From assembly GCF_006345805.1 (NCBI RefSeq), contig NC_043016.1, positions 17,856,001-17,920,000 of the forward strand: DNA of 64,000 bases, in the 5' to 3' direction. Source of the DNA: Octopus sinensis. Its lineage: Eukaryota. The notes below the pieces were generated by a model. The model was not told where the DNA came from and searched no databases. It saw nothing but the letters and a program-made list of their open reading frames with translations. Position 1 is the stretch's first letter. The number at the start of each line of letters is the position of its first letter. A program made the position numbers and the translations under genes. Shown here piece by piece: positions 51,286 to 63,609 of the stretch.

Positions 51286-51492
51286 TTTCTACTCTAGGCA
51301 CAAGGCCCGAAATTTTGGGGGAGAGGCCAGTCGATTAGATCGACCCCAGTACACAACTGGTACCTAATTTATCGACCCCGAAAGGATGAAAGGCAAAGTC
51401 AACCTCGGCGGAATTTGAACTCAGAACATAAAGACAGATGAAATACCGCTAAGCATTTCGCTCAGCATGCTAACGTTTCTGCCAGCTCGCCA
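51286..51492 (-). mobile_element. SINE family B (tail 1), young, perfect 16 bp TSD
   Basis: CCAGTTGACACATTCT at 51270-51285 and 51493-51508. Confidence 0.9.
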
Positions 51493-51514
51493 CCAGTTGA
51501 CACATTCTAACCCA

Positions 51515-51885
51515 GTTGTTCCAAAGGTGGGCAGTATTGCCCCCTTGTGGGGCAGTAGAAAGATACAGCAGGGGTCAATGTAATTGACTAGTCCCCACCT
51601 CCCCCAAGCTCCCTTGTGACAAAAATTTGAAATAATAATAATAATTATCATCATCATCATTATTATTATTGATAAGACAGCAAGCTGACAGAGTTGTCCG
51701 TTTGTTGGACAAATGCATAGTAGTTCTTTTATGGTTTATTACATTCTGAGTTGAAATTTCACCAAGGTTAACTTTGCCTTTTCTCCTCTTGAGATAGGTA
51801 AAATAAGTACCAGTTGAGCACCGAGGTTGATGATGTAAACTTACCCTTTCCCTAAAATTGCTGGCCCCATGCAAAAATTTGAAAC
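51515..51885 (+). mobile_element. Two degenerate SINE family B pieces
   Basis: B body and tail motifs at about 51570-51630 and 51672-51885. Confidence 0.65.
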
Positions 51886-51924
51886 TATTCTTCTTCTTCT
51901 TCTTATTATTATTATTATTATTTA

Positions 51925-52225
51925 AGATGTCGCACAGTATCCATTACCTTGATCTTATTGATTGAAGATATTGTGTATACTGGGGGTTCGTACTGTCTAT
52001 AAAGTCACAACTAGGACCTCAGACAGACAGTACTTTATGCAATATGTGTGCAGTTCCAAGTAATACCGACTTTTGCAATACACCTAGATTGTAGGGTATT
52101 TCTAAAATTTCCAGATGTTTCTTCAGTTTGGGTGGAACAAGGACAACCTTTATGTTTGACTCTCATAGCTGCCACATTTTGGAATTCTCAGGCCTCCATA
52201 TTTATCAATCTTTTCTTCTTCTTCT
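51925..52225 (-). mobile_element. R4/Dong 3' end
   Basis: EEKIDKYGGLRI..LQKSVLLGTAHILHKVLSV*; (TAA)n tail. Confidence 0.8.
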
Positions 52226-52284
52226 TATTATTATTATTATTGTTGTTGTTGTTGTTATCATTATTATTATTATTATTATTACTA

Positions 52285-53268
52285 TTGAAGACATCACACA
52301 GTATCCAATATTGCGATGTTGTAGATTGAAGATACTGTTTCTACGAGGGGTTTCTACTGTTTGTCAAGTCACAACTAGGACCTCAGACAGACAGTGCTTT
52401 ATGCTATATGCTTGCAGTTCCAAGTAATACACCTAGATTCTAGGCTAATTATAAAGTTTCCAAATGTTCCTTCAGGTTGGATGGTACTGAATTCAGTGCT
52501 CCGATGACAACAGGGATTACCTTTATGTTTGATTCTCACAGCCGCTACATTTTGGCAATTTCAATTCTCAGGTCTCCATATTTATCAGTCTTTTCTCTTC
52601 CTTTCATGATAATATGTTGATCTCCTGGCTCTGCCACATCAGTTATTAAGCACTGTTTGTCTCTCCTAAAGATTATTACGTGGAGGCACATGACTTAGTG
52701 GTTAGGGTGTCACCACCATGATCGTAAGATTGTGGTTTCAATTCCTGGACCGGGCGATGTGTTGTGTTCTTGAGCGAAACACTTCGTTTCACATTGCTCC
52801 AGTCCACTCAGCTGGCAAAAATGAGTAACGCTGTGATGGATTGGCGTCCTGTCCAGCTAGGGAATACATATGCCATAGAAACTGGGAAACCAGGCCCATG
52901 AGCCTGGCTAGGCTTTAAAAAGGGCGCATTTATTTTTTTTAAAGGTTATTACATCTGGCCTTCAGTGCTCTAACACCTTGTCTGTCTGGAAGTCAAAGGA
53001 TCTTTGCCTTCTTAGTTTCATCCATTACCTTTCCTGCTGTATTTTGGTATCAAGCACCTGTTATCTCATATCCATACTTCCGGTATAGTAGCCAGTGGAG
53101 GTTTTGAGTTTCCTTGTCATGTCTGTGCTTGTACTCTTTCTGCACAAGACTTGCATTGTGAGTCACGTTTTTGGCCTTCCCAAATATTCTGCAGAGGTTT
53201 GTTGCATTTGTGCAGTATATATCCTTTTTCACTGAGTTTGTATTCAATGCCTGGTCTTGGGCAGCACA
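52285..53268 (-). mobile_element. R4/Dong relic split by SINE D
   Basis: NTNSVKKDIY..CRI..YKHRHDK..LHWLLYRK, DFQTDK..RPDV, CLITDVA..KYGDLRIEIAK..IPVVIGAL. Confidence 0.85.
52680..52939 (+). mobile_element. SINE family D with 13 bp TSD
   Basis: TAAAG(A/G)TTATTAC at 52667-52679 and 52940-52952. Confidence 0.85.
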
Positions 53269-53271
53269 ATT

Positions 53272-53480
53272 ATTAAGCTTGGCAGCAAGCTGACAGAATT
53301 ATTAGCACACCAGAGGAAATGCTCACTAGCATTTCATCTACCTTCATGTTTTGAGTTCAAACTCCACCAAGGTCAACTTTGCTGTCATACTTTAAGGGTC
53401 ACCAGTTTAGTACTGGGGTTGATGTAATTGACTATTTCACTCCTCCAAATTTCAGACCTCGTTCCTTTAGTAGAAGGGAT
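53272..53480 (+). mobile_element. SINE family B, CpG-decayed
   Basis: Head, body and tail. Confidence 0.75.
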
Positions 53481-53557
53481 CATTTGTATTAATACTGTTC
53501 TTGCCATTAGTATTGTTAATAACATTGCCATTATTGTTGTTGTTGTTGTTGTTATCA

Positions 53558-53594
<37 letters not shown>

Positions 53595-53625
53595 TACAGT
53601 ATCCAATATTGTGATGTTGTAGATT

Positions 53626-53840
53626 AAGGCAGCAAGCTGGCAGTGTCATTAACACATTGGATGAAATGCTTAGAGGTGTTTTGCGCATCACTACATTCTG
53701 AGTTCAAATTCCACTGAGGTCAACTTTGCCTTTCATCCTTTTGGGGTCAATAAATTAAGTATCAGTGGCATACTGGGATCGATCTAATCAACTGGCATCC
53801 TCCCCAAAAATTTCAGGCCTTATGCCTATAGTAGAAAGTA
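53626..53840 (+). mobile_element. SINE family B, about 115 bp upstream of exon
   Basis: Head, body and tail 1. Confidence 0.8.
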
Positions 53841-53953
53841 TTATTATTGTTAATTTTGTCTTGGTATGATTTCATTTAACCTTTATTTCTAAAATGGCTT
53901 CAGTACAAATTGAAACTCAAACATTTTATTTCTATTTTTTTTTCTTTTTACAG

Positions 53954-54296
53954 TTTGTCGCACACCCACACTGCCAGCAACTTTTAACTTCGATATGGTA
54001 CGAAGGTCTTCCAGGATGGAGAAAGAGGAATGGTTTCACAAAATTACTAATGTGTATCGGCCTCATACTGCTGTTGCCATTTATGGCAGTTTACTATTGG
54101 ATTTTTCCACGGAGTAAAATTGGTCAAATTCTCCGAAGTCCTTTCATGAAATTTTTATATCACAGTGCGTCATTTGGTGCATTTCTGTCGCTATTAGTTT
54201 GTGCATCAACAGACATTAGCAGCAAACCTGGCCGAGAAAGATTGCGAAGTCCTCCGCCATCAGTTTTGGAATGGCTAATTGTTTTTTGGGTCACAG
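53954..54296 (+). CDS. TRPC: TRPC exon: pre-S1 elbow through S2
   Basis: Acceptor tttcttttacag|53954 and donor ACAG|gtgagt at 54296/7 (343 bp, phase 1). Encodes FVAHPHCQQLLTSIWYEGLPGWR, SPFMKFLYHSASFGAFLSLL and PPPSVLEWLIVFWVT. Confidence 0.95.
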
Positions 54297-54379
54297 GTGA
54301 GTAAGATTTCATGGTTCATTTGTTATTATTTTTATGTTGTTTTTGTTTTTTTTCCTTCTGCTCTACTCTCTGCTCTTTC

Positions 54380-54690
54380 TCAATGGAACTGGGGTCATTC
54401 AAGGTAAGAGGTTCCAAAGGCATCCTCGTGTGTAGAGCTGACCAGGTCTACTTCTACTAGTGCCCCACCCCCAACTCTCACCTCCATCACACAAGCAGTC
54501 CTGTGTCAGCTCTTCTGCATCTTCCAAAGTGACATCAAGCCTCTGGAGATCTTCCTTAATCACATCCCACCATCTGATGCAGAGCCTGCCACAGGGCCTC
54601 TTCCATTCTGCAAGCTGCTGCATCAAACAAGAGTAAGGCCCAGGTAGGATGATCTGACAGGAGAAGCGGAGGACATGTCCATACAAACAT
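54380..54690 (-). mobile_element. RTE-clade LINE 3' fragment
   Basis: YGHVLR..KRPCGRLCIRWWDVIKEDL. Confidence 0.8.
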
Positions 54691-54929
54691 GTTATTAATA
54701 TCTTATACTGACTTATTTATTTGCTTGGATGCTTGTATTTCGCAATCTATTTTTGTTCTGTTCTTCCATACTATTTCACACTCTGAAAGCTCTAATTCAG
54801 AGAATTATGATATGCATAGTTAAAGACTTTCGTGTGGACAATATTTTATTCATGCTGTTCCAGTACTCTAGTTTTATTACCCAAGGTGCACTACAGATGC
54901 AGTCTATATTTTGTTCACATTCTTACAAT

Positions 54930-55510
54930 AGCATACACACACACATTTATACACACCCTTACACATACATGTACATACACGCATATGTACACACATATAT
55001 ATATACATGTACAGAAAAACACGCATATGTGTATGTACACACATAAAATACATTTCCACCAGTATACATGCGTACACAGACATGTACAAACACAAACTCA
55101 TGCACACACACACATACACACATATGTACACACACATACACATGTAGACAAAAATACACATACACATACACATGTACACATACACACATGTACACACACA
55201 AAATACATGTCCACCAGTGTACACACACATACACATGTAGACAAAAATACACATACAAAATACATGTCCATCAGTGTACACACACAAATACATACATGTA
55301 CATACACACATATACTCATGTACACAAAAACACGTGTACACACACACATATACACATACACACACAAAAAAAATGTCCACCAGTGTACACACACATATTT
55401 ACACACATATACACATGTACACAAAACCACATACGTGTACATACACACATGTATACATACACACGTACGCACACAAAATACCAGTGTACACACACATGCA
55501 CACACAAAGC
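54930..55510. repeat. CA/TA-based complex tandem repeat
   Basis: Recurring aaaatacatgtccaccagtgtacacac and catgtagacaaaaatac modules. Confidence 0.9.
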
Positions 55511-55663
55511 TCATACAAGCATACTGGTACATGATTATGTTTTAATGTATACACATTTATATGTTTCTGTGTGATTTTTCTTTTGAAATCCCTTAAATCC
55601 TCCAATGAAGAAAGTGTTGTATCATCTATGAAACAAATCCCTAACATTTGAAATGAAATGGTT

Positions 55664-55800
55664 TCTAATTTTAGCACAAGGCCAGCAGTTTTAGGGGGGG
55701 GAGGTTAAGTCAACTACATCAACCCCAGTGTTTAACTGGTACTTATTTTATTGACCCTGAAAAAATAAAAGGGAAAGTCAACCTCAGTGGCATTTAACCC
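55664..55800 (-). mobile_element. SINE family B, 5'-truncated
   Basis: Reverse tail and body. Confidence 0.75.
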
Positions 55801-55904
55801 AATGGAAATAAAAGCAATATTAAAATGTTAGATGTTGAATTTTAGAAAGGTTTTGCATATATTTACTATTCCATGCACAAATTAAATTTACAAAAAATTG
55901 TGTT

Positions 55905-56945
55905 CATCATCATCACCATCATCCGTTATTTAATGTCTGTTTTCCATACTGACATGGGTTGGTCAGTTTGACAAGAGTGGCTCCATAGTCTGATTTGGCC
56001 ACATTTCTATGGCTGGATATCCTTCCTCATGCCAACCACTTTAGAGGGGGCTAGGTGCTTTTCACATGACACCAGTGCCAGTATCTTTTATATGGCACCA
56101 ACACAAAGGGATTTTTATGTCACTTCAGTACCAGTGCCTTTTATGTTGCACCAAAACCAATGCTTTTTGCATGGCACCAAAATGAAATACTTTTTATGTT
56201 GCATCAGCACCAGTGCATTTTATGTTGCAATAACACCACTGCTTTTCACATGGCACCAGTGCCAGTATTTTTACATGGCATCATCATCAGTGCATTTTAC
56301 AGTGCACAAACACTAATACTTTTTATATGGCACCAACATGAAATGCTTTTTTATGTTGCATCAGCACCAATGCATCCTATGGTGCACCAACGTCAATTCT
56401 TTTTATATAGCACCAATATGAAATACTTTTTATGTTGCTTCACCAATGATGCATTTTACATTGTACCAACAAATGCTTTTTATGCTGCATCATCACCAAT
56501 GCATTTTACGGTGCATCATCAATGCTGTTTACATGGCACCAACATAAAATGCTTTTTATCTTGCATCAGCACCAATGCATTTTACAATGCACCAACATCA
56601 ATTCTTTTTACATGGCACCAACATAAAATGCTTTTTTAATCTTGCATCAGCACCAATGCATTTTATGGTGCACCAGCATCAATTCTTTTTACATGGCACC
56701 AACATGAAATACTTTTATGTTGCATCAGCAATGATGCATTTTACATTGCATCAACATCAATGCTTTTTACATGGCACCAACATGAAATGCTTTTTATGTT
56801 GCATCATCACCAATGCATTTTACGGTGCACCAACATCAATACTTTTTACATGGCACCAAAATGAAATACTTTTTATGTTGCACCATCACCAGTGCTTTTT
56901 ACATGCCACCAGTTTCGGCGCTTTTTATAGAGCACCACCACCAAT
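55905..56945 (-). repeat. Family F copy expanded into an about 80 bp higher-order minisatellite
   Basis: F tail at 55905-56045, then units with three CACCA-initiated subunits (e.g. 56570-56650). Confidence 0.8.
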
Positions 56946-57399
56946 TTTGTTTGCCTGAGAACCCTAGATTTTCAAGATTGCCACTGCCAGTTATCATCTC
57001 TTCCTCCAACCTGACCCACTCCTATTTCTTTCACCTTTTTCCCGCCAAACATGTTGGCCATTCACTGCATCACCTGTGTCCCTATATTCCCCACAACTAA
57101 CAATCACCTCAGTCAATCACTAGTCCCTTTTTCCCTTTCTTCCTCACCTATTTTTCTGTCCTTGCCCACCTCAAGGGATGCCCTGACATATCATTATCAT
57201 CATTTCTTTTCCTGCAAGGAGTAGTCATATATCTTCTCTGCAACAAAACACCTGTTCTTATTCTTCTACCATACTTTTGCATAGCCCACCTCCCTCAATA
57301 TTACCAACTCTCCATTCAGTTAAGGGGAAAGGGTCATATCTTGCAAGTTACTTGATAATCTCACTAGTAGCAGTGACAAAAAACTAAAAAAAAAAGAAA

Positions 57400-57572
57400 A
57401 AAGCTCCCACCACATTCTACAAAGTGGTTGGCATCAGGAAGAGCGTCCAACCATAGAAAATGTGCCAAAACAAAAAAACAAACACTGAAATCTGACACAG
57501 TTCTCTGACCTGTTACAGCCTGTCAAACCATCCAACCCATGTCAGCATTCAATACAAATGATGATGATGATG
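57400..57572 (+). mobile_element. Family F fragment
   Basis: gtggttggcatcaggaagagc core; GAT tail. Confidence 0.65.
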
Positions 57573-58015
57573 TAGTGGGTGGAGAGCTAATTCCCTAAAG
57601 ATTATTGGTAACAAATGTAAATTATAGACTGGCAAGAGATGTTGTTGTAGATTTCAAATCTGTTCTTTATAAATGTTTTGTTTTTCATCATCTATTATTA
57701 ATGAAATGATTGCATCTGCTGGGCAGCCGACCAACAAAATGGCACATATTCTTCTTGCTTTTGTCCCAGACAACTACATTAGGTTTTGTTGCGTTTGCAT
57801 TTGACAGAAATTTTGTTGTGTTTGTAACTGATGGAAAATTTCTCCAGTATCACTCTAAAGACCATTATTGAATCAATTTTTTCACTTTAAATGGTTGCTG
57901 GGGAAAGATGGGGGCAGCATGTATGGATGGATAGACAGACAATCAGAATGAAAAATAGCAAAAAAGCAGGTATAAACAGAGAAATAGAGAAGAAAATAAG
58001 ATACATCTTTTTTTT

Positions 58016-58416
58016 TCATTTTTATTCTTTTACTTGTTTCAATCATTTTACTGTGGCCATGCTGGAGCACCGCCTTTAGTTGAGCAAATCGCCCCCCAGA
58101 ACTTATTCTTTGTAAACCTAGTACATATTCTATCAGTCTCTTTTTGCCGAACTGCTAAGTTACAGGGACATAAACACACCCGCATCGGTTGTCAAGCGAT
58201 GTTGGGGGGACAAACACAGACACACAAACATATACATATATATATATATATATATACGACGGGCTTCTTTCAGTTTCCATCTACCAAATCCGCTCACAAG
58301 GCTTTGGTCGCCCCAAGGCTATAGTAGAAGACACTTGCTGAAGGTGCCACACAGTGGGACTGAACCCAGAACCATGTGGTTGGTAAGCAAGCTACTTACC
58401 ACACAGCCACTCCTAC
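58016..58416 (-). mobile_element. SINE family A
   Basis: Full reverse copy; CpGs largely intact. Confidence 0.9.
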
Positions 58417-59486
58417 TGTTTGCAATCATTTGATTGTGGCCATACTTGAGCATCACCTTCAAGACATTTTTAGGTAATTATGCTGATCTCAGAGCCCTTG
58501 CTTCTTTTTGAAATTTATTTTATCAATTGAATCACTAAGTTACATTTTTTATAAGAAAGATATAAGTACGCACCAGTTTCTGCTCATCATCCAGTGTTTT
58601 AAATCCTTGTTTTGTCCCCGTTAACAGGAGTAGCCAGATCTACCTCAATGCCATAGCAACTGAGGCAGGCAGGTGAAACCCACCTCACCTTTTGGCTGGA
58701 TGGCTGGCTGGATGGATGGCTGGCTGGCTGGAGCCCATTCTCCCTTGCTATCATGAGGCATTTTTGGAGCTGGATTTTCTACAGGAAGCATGCCCTTACT
58801 TACCCCCAACCTCAGTTTCTAGACATGAGTGGTCCCAAGACCAAGGCCTTTACCACGATTTTTAAGAAATGTGGTGGAAAACTAGCTCAGGAAGGCAGTG
58901 ACGCTACTCCCAGAGACCCCTTTCAGAGCCCCCCCCCCCTCTACCTACAGTTTCTATTGGTAAATATAAATAAAGATGACCAGCAAATTTCCCTCTTCTT
59001 TCAGCTACAATCTTCTGCAAGCTGTGTAGGTTGGCTCTCCTCTCAATCTCAGTGTTTGTGATTCAGTACCTGATATTTAAGGCCAGATACATTATGGTAT
59101 CATTGCTTAGTACATATACTTAAAAAAAGAGAATTAATGTGTTGTGAAAGACATGTTACTTCTTCCTTCACTATCTACTGTTGAGTCAACGACGACATAA
59201 ATTCAAATTTTTGGTCAAAGTTTATTTGATCTAGAAAACCAAAACAACCATCATATTTAATCTTTTGACTTTTACTTCTTTCAGTCTTTGCACTGTGGCA
59301 ATACTGGGGTACAATCAATCAAACCAATCCTCAGTACTCGTTATTTTAAGTCTGGTATTATTCTGTCAGTTGGTTTTGCCAAATTGCTGAGTTACAGAGA
59401 TGCAAGTAAACAAACACTGGTTGACAAGAAGTGGTGGAGGACAAACACACACATATATATATATATACACACACATATACATAATC

Positions 59487-59617
59487 TTTCATCACACATC
59501 TGTGACCTCTTCGGCGACACTTTTCCGTTCCATGTGTGTTCTTGCTCCACTCACTCCAACGGAGTTAGTGGAACAAATGAAAAGTGTCACTGAAGAGGTC
59601 ACAGATGTGTGATGAAA
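59487..59617. repeat. Imperfect inverted repeat (46/49 bp arms, 36 nt loop)
   Basis: 59487-59532 pairs with 59569-59617. Confidence 0.85.
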
Positions 59618-60054
59618 AATTTCCAAACAATGGTCAGTCATTAGAATAATAAAATAACAGCAATAAACGAGTGAAGAAAAAAAATATATATATGTATATA
59701 GTGTGTGTATTTATTTGACAACAAAAAAAATAATAATAAATAAAATGATCATCTTGAAGTACAACAATATATATATACACACGCACACACACATTTATAT
59801 ATATATAGAGAGAGAGAGAGAGAAAATTATATAGGTAGATATATACAAACATATACATACTTATATATGTGTCTGTGTGTTTTCATCAAAAATGCAGACA
59901 AACACCATCTCTCCTATTGATTGACTTGAAAAGTTGTTAGGATATTAAAATATTTTTACTAATATGAAACCAATGGTAACCTCAATACAAAAATAAAGAC
60001 ATTTTATACACCAATGCGGTGTCAAGCACACATTCTCATTGTTCAACATTTATG

Positions 60055-60223
60055 TCTATTATTTACATTCGATAGATATTTGTCCTCATCTTGTTTGTTG
60101 TTAACACAATGTTTCGGCTGATGTACCCTCCACCTTTCATCAGGTGTCTTGGGGACATATGGCATAGTGGTTAAGAGCACAGGCTACTAACTCCAAGATT
60201 CCGAGTTCAATTCCAGGCAGTGA

Positions 60224-60261
<38 letters not shown>

Positions 60262-60450
60262 TCAAAAAATACCTTAGGAATGAGAACCCAGGTTCGAAAT
60301 TTCCCCAAGACACCTGATGAAAGCTGGAAGGTATATCAGCCGAAACGTTGTGTTAACAACAAACAAAATGAGGACAAATATCCATCAAATGTAAATAATG
60401 TAAATAATGTACATAATTCCTCATCTCTTAAACATAGAACTATATTTATG
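60055..60450 (+). mobile_element. tRNA-headed element with Penelope-like hammerhead tail and inverted upstream copy
   Basis: A box TGGCATAGTGG (60160), B box GAGTTCAATTCC, (AAT)n, hammerhead at 60309-60354. 60055-60155 is an inverted copy of about 60302-60402. Confidence 0.7.
60309..60354 (+). ncRNA. Minimal hammerhead-like motif
   Basis: GACAC-CTGATGA-aAGCTG..CAGCC-GAAA-CG-TT-GTGTT; stem II closing pair mismatched in this copy. Confidence 0.6.
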
Positions 60451-60456
60451 TGTCTA

Positions 60457-60836
60457 CTAGCAGTATCGCCCGGCGTTGCTCAGGTTTGTAAGAGAAATAA
60501 CTATAAAGCATTTTTAGAGAGTTATAGCCAAAAAACAGCAAAAAAATGGAAAAAATGATGGTAAATTTTTATTAGTTAAAAAGGTGGAGTTGGCGTCCCC
60601 TAGACAGTTTGCGGTTTGTGTTTCTGATTCTCGACCCCATGTCGAATTTATCGATTTTTTTCAGAACTGGGGGAACTTTTCAAAATTTTCGCTGCGTTAG
60701 TTTTGAATTATGACATTGGGCTATGTGTGTGTCAAGTTTCATCAGAATCGGTTGAAAGCCTTGGTCAGGGTGAGGGTACAAGCAAACAGACTCACAGAAA
60801 CACGCACAGACAAACTGCCGTTTATATAGAGAGAGA
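60457..60836 (-). mobile_element. Non-autonomous Helitron (homolog of 9580-9961)
   Basis: A|TC...CTAG|T and hairpin. Confidence 0.85.
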
Positions 60837-61142
60837 TATATATGTGTCTGTGTGCCTGTATATTTGTTTCATGTTTATGTTACATTTAAACCCTGCTAGC
60901 ATGGGTTTGATGAATATGATCCTTAAATGTTGTTTAACAGTTGGATGACCTTCTTGATTCTAGCCCTTACCTGTTCTTCAACTTAGAACTCTTTGATTTC
61001 ACATGGCTTAGAAGGCAACGTACAACAACCACCCTGCCCACCAAAAGTGTTCAAACGGGCATGTGCTAATGCAGACAAACACATACATATATGCATACAC
61101 ACGCACACACGCTTGGGAAGCATGCAAGCATAGATGCAGACA

Positions 61143-61320
61143 TGAGGGGCTTCTTTTCAGTTTCTGTCAACCAAATCCATTCACAAGGCTTTAATTAGTC
61201 CTGGGCTAGAGTAGCAGACACATGTGCAAAGTACCATGCAGTAGGATTCAACCCAAAGCCACGTGGTTGAGAAACGAACTTCTCAACCACACATGTATAT
61301 CTGTGCCTACAGCCATGCCC
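61143..61320 (-). mobile_element. SINE family A 5' fragment
   Basis: Degenerate head and core. Confidence 0.65.
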
Positions 61321-61627
61321 GCACATATGCATTGCTGACGTCATAAGAATTGAGAAACTTAGAGAGAACGTGAAATAAATCCATTTTTGAACAGCAGCTG
61401 CCTTTGATCCTTTCAATCCAAGGGGCTTTTAAGCCAGTATTTACTAGTTATTATTTATAGTCTTATCTGCTTCAAGATACAGTAATGTCTTGATATACGA
61501 TTTAATTTGTTCCCGATGACTGCTTGTAAAGGGAAAACTCGTAAAGCAGAGCTATAATTGCCCATAGTAGCTATGTTATAAATCGTAATTCATTCCTAGA
61601 AAAGTATTTTACCTATCTACTATAATA

Positions 61628-61701
61628 TATTTCTTTATTACCCACAAGGGGCTAAACATAGAGGGGACAGACGGACGGATTAAGTCGATTACATCGACCC
61701 T
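61628..61701 (-). mobile_element. SINE family B tail-2 fragment
   Basis: atttctttattacccacaaggggctaaacatagaggggaca. Confidence 0.75.
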
Positions 61702-62314
61702 AGGACTCTTGTGTTTTTCTCCGTTACGACATATGAGATCAGAAAGGAAGGGGTGATAGATGAATAAGGAAGGGGTGATGGCAAACTGGTAGTGGGAGCG
61801 TATACTCTGTGTGAGTATGTGTGTGTGTGTATGTACAAGGGAGGTATATGTGTGTGTTTGTGTGTGAGTGTGACTGTGTGTGTGTAATGGAAGTGGGATG
61901 GTGAACATTCAACACTGAAAAGAAAAATCAAACGTTTCGACTCTGTGTGAGTACGTGTGTGTGTGCGTGTGTGTGTGCGTGTACAGTTGAAGTATGTGAA
62001 TGTTTGTATGTGTGAACCAGCGTTCTTTCAGTAACAAACGATGATCGATGTCACCTCTCAAAAGACAACCAATAGATAACATTGACAAAGTGTATTAATT
62101 TGATTTACCATCCATATTTATATATATATAATACTACAATTAGCCATCATTTTTGAAGGGCACGGGACCAGCTAGTAAAATTTATAATACTCGTAAGTAA
62201 ATGACAATAAAACAACAGTAGGATGTAAAGAATATTTTATGGAAAGTAAAAAGAATGTCAAAATATTTTTATTATAATAAAAAATCGTTTTCTGAATCAC
62301 TTTCACTTGCATTA

Positions 62315-62940
62315 GACTCGTGCACACCATCACTTGTCAAGAAGGTCGAGGGTGTCTTGGCATCACTCAGCAAGACTTTTGTTAGCCGCTCTCCAGCCAT
62401 CTATTTAAAACTGTATACAGCTATGGTACGACCACACTTGGAATTCGCATCATCAGTTTGGAATCCCTATCTTGCTCAGAACATTGACCTCCTGGAATCT
62501 GTCCGGAGACGTGCAACCAACGCATACCCTCCATCAGACACCTACCATATTCTGAGCGCCTTGTTTCCCTGGGCATGGATTCACTGGAAGCTCCGGCGTC
62601 TGGCGACGGACTTGGTAAACACCCACAAGGTTATCAACCACCTCACCAACAACAACCCTGAACACCTTTTGATCTCCATGTGTCTAACACACGCGGACAT
62701 GCCTACAAGTCAGAAAAAACACAGCTCCCTGACTTTCGAAACATTTTTTCACGCTCAGAGTTGCTGAAGCATGGAATAAACTGCCTGCGTCAGTTGTTGA
62801 CTGCCATGACACTGCATCCTTTAGGCCCTCATGCTTTCCGAAATCCGCCGAAACTACACCTGATTATACATACACTTTAGATGAGTTGTAGTGCACCTGA
62901 GCACTGTACACAATATTATTATTATTATTATTATTATTAT
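62315..62940 (+). mobile_element. CR1-clade LINE 3' fragment
   Basis: LYTAMVRPHLEFASSVWNPY..LESVRRRAT, TRGHAYK, WNKLPASVV; (ATT)n tail. Confidence 0.85.
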
Positions 62941-63082
62941 AGACACAATTGCTGATTCCCAAGCACTCGTGGACGAACTTGTAAATTTTTTTTTAAAAAA
63001 ACAAGTCTAGAGTTGTTTGCTTAGAAGAAGCTTCGTTTTTTTTTTTGTTTTTTTTACTTGGTGTCATGCAGAAGCATTTGCT

Positions 63083-63609
63083 ATACTCTTTTTACTCTTT
63101 TACTTGTTTCAGTCATATGACTGTGGCCATGCTGGAAATTATTGCTCTGCTTTACAAGTTTTCACTTTACAAGCAGTCTTCGAGAACAAATTAAAGACCC
63201 CAAGACTTATTCTTTGTAAGCCTAGTATTTATTCTATCGGTCTCTTTTGCCGAACCGTTAAGTTACAGGGACGTAAACACACCAGCATCGGTTGTCAAGC
63301 GATGTTGGGGGGACAAACACAGAGACACATACACATATATATATATATATATATACATATACATAGATACGACGGGCTTCTTTCAGTTTCCGTCTACCAA
63401 ATCCACTCACAAGTCTTTGGTCAGCCCAAGTCTATTGAAGAAGACGCTTGCCCAAGGTGCCATGCAGTGGGACTGAACATGGAATCATGTGGTTCGTAAG
63501 CAAGCTACTTACCACACAGCCACTCCTACACCTATAGCAAGCTACTTACCACACAGCCACTCCTACACCTATAGCAAGCTACTTACCACACAGCCACTCC
63601 TACGCCTAT
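63083..63609 (-). mobile_element. SINE family A with triplicated 5' head
   Basis: 37 bp unit at 63499, 63536 and 63573. Confidence 0.9.

Noticed and set aside
53894-53953. MASVQIETQ start of the 136 aa ORF
   Set aside because: It is the polypyrimidine tract before the AG at 53953; the exon joins upstream in phase 0.
56029-57100. His/Cys/Phe-rich ORFs as zinc-finger protein
   Set aside because: No C2H2 spacing; minisatellite translation.
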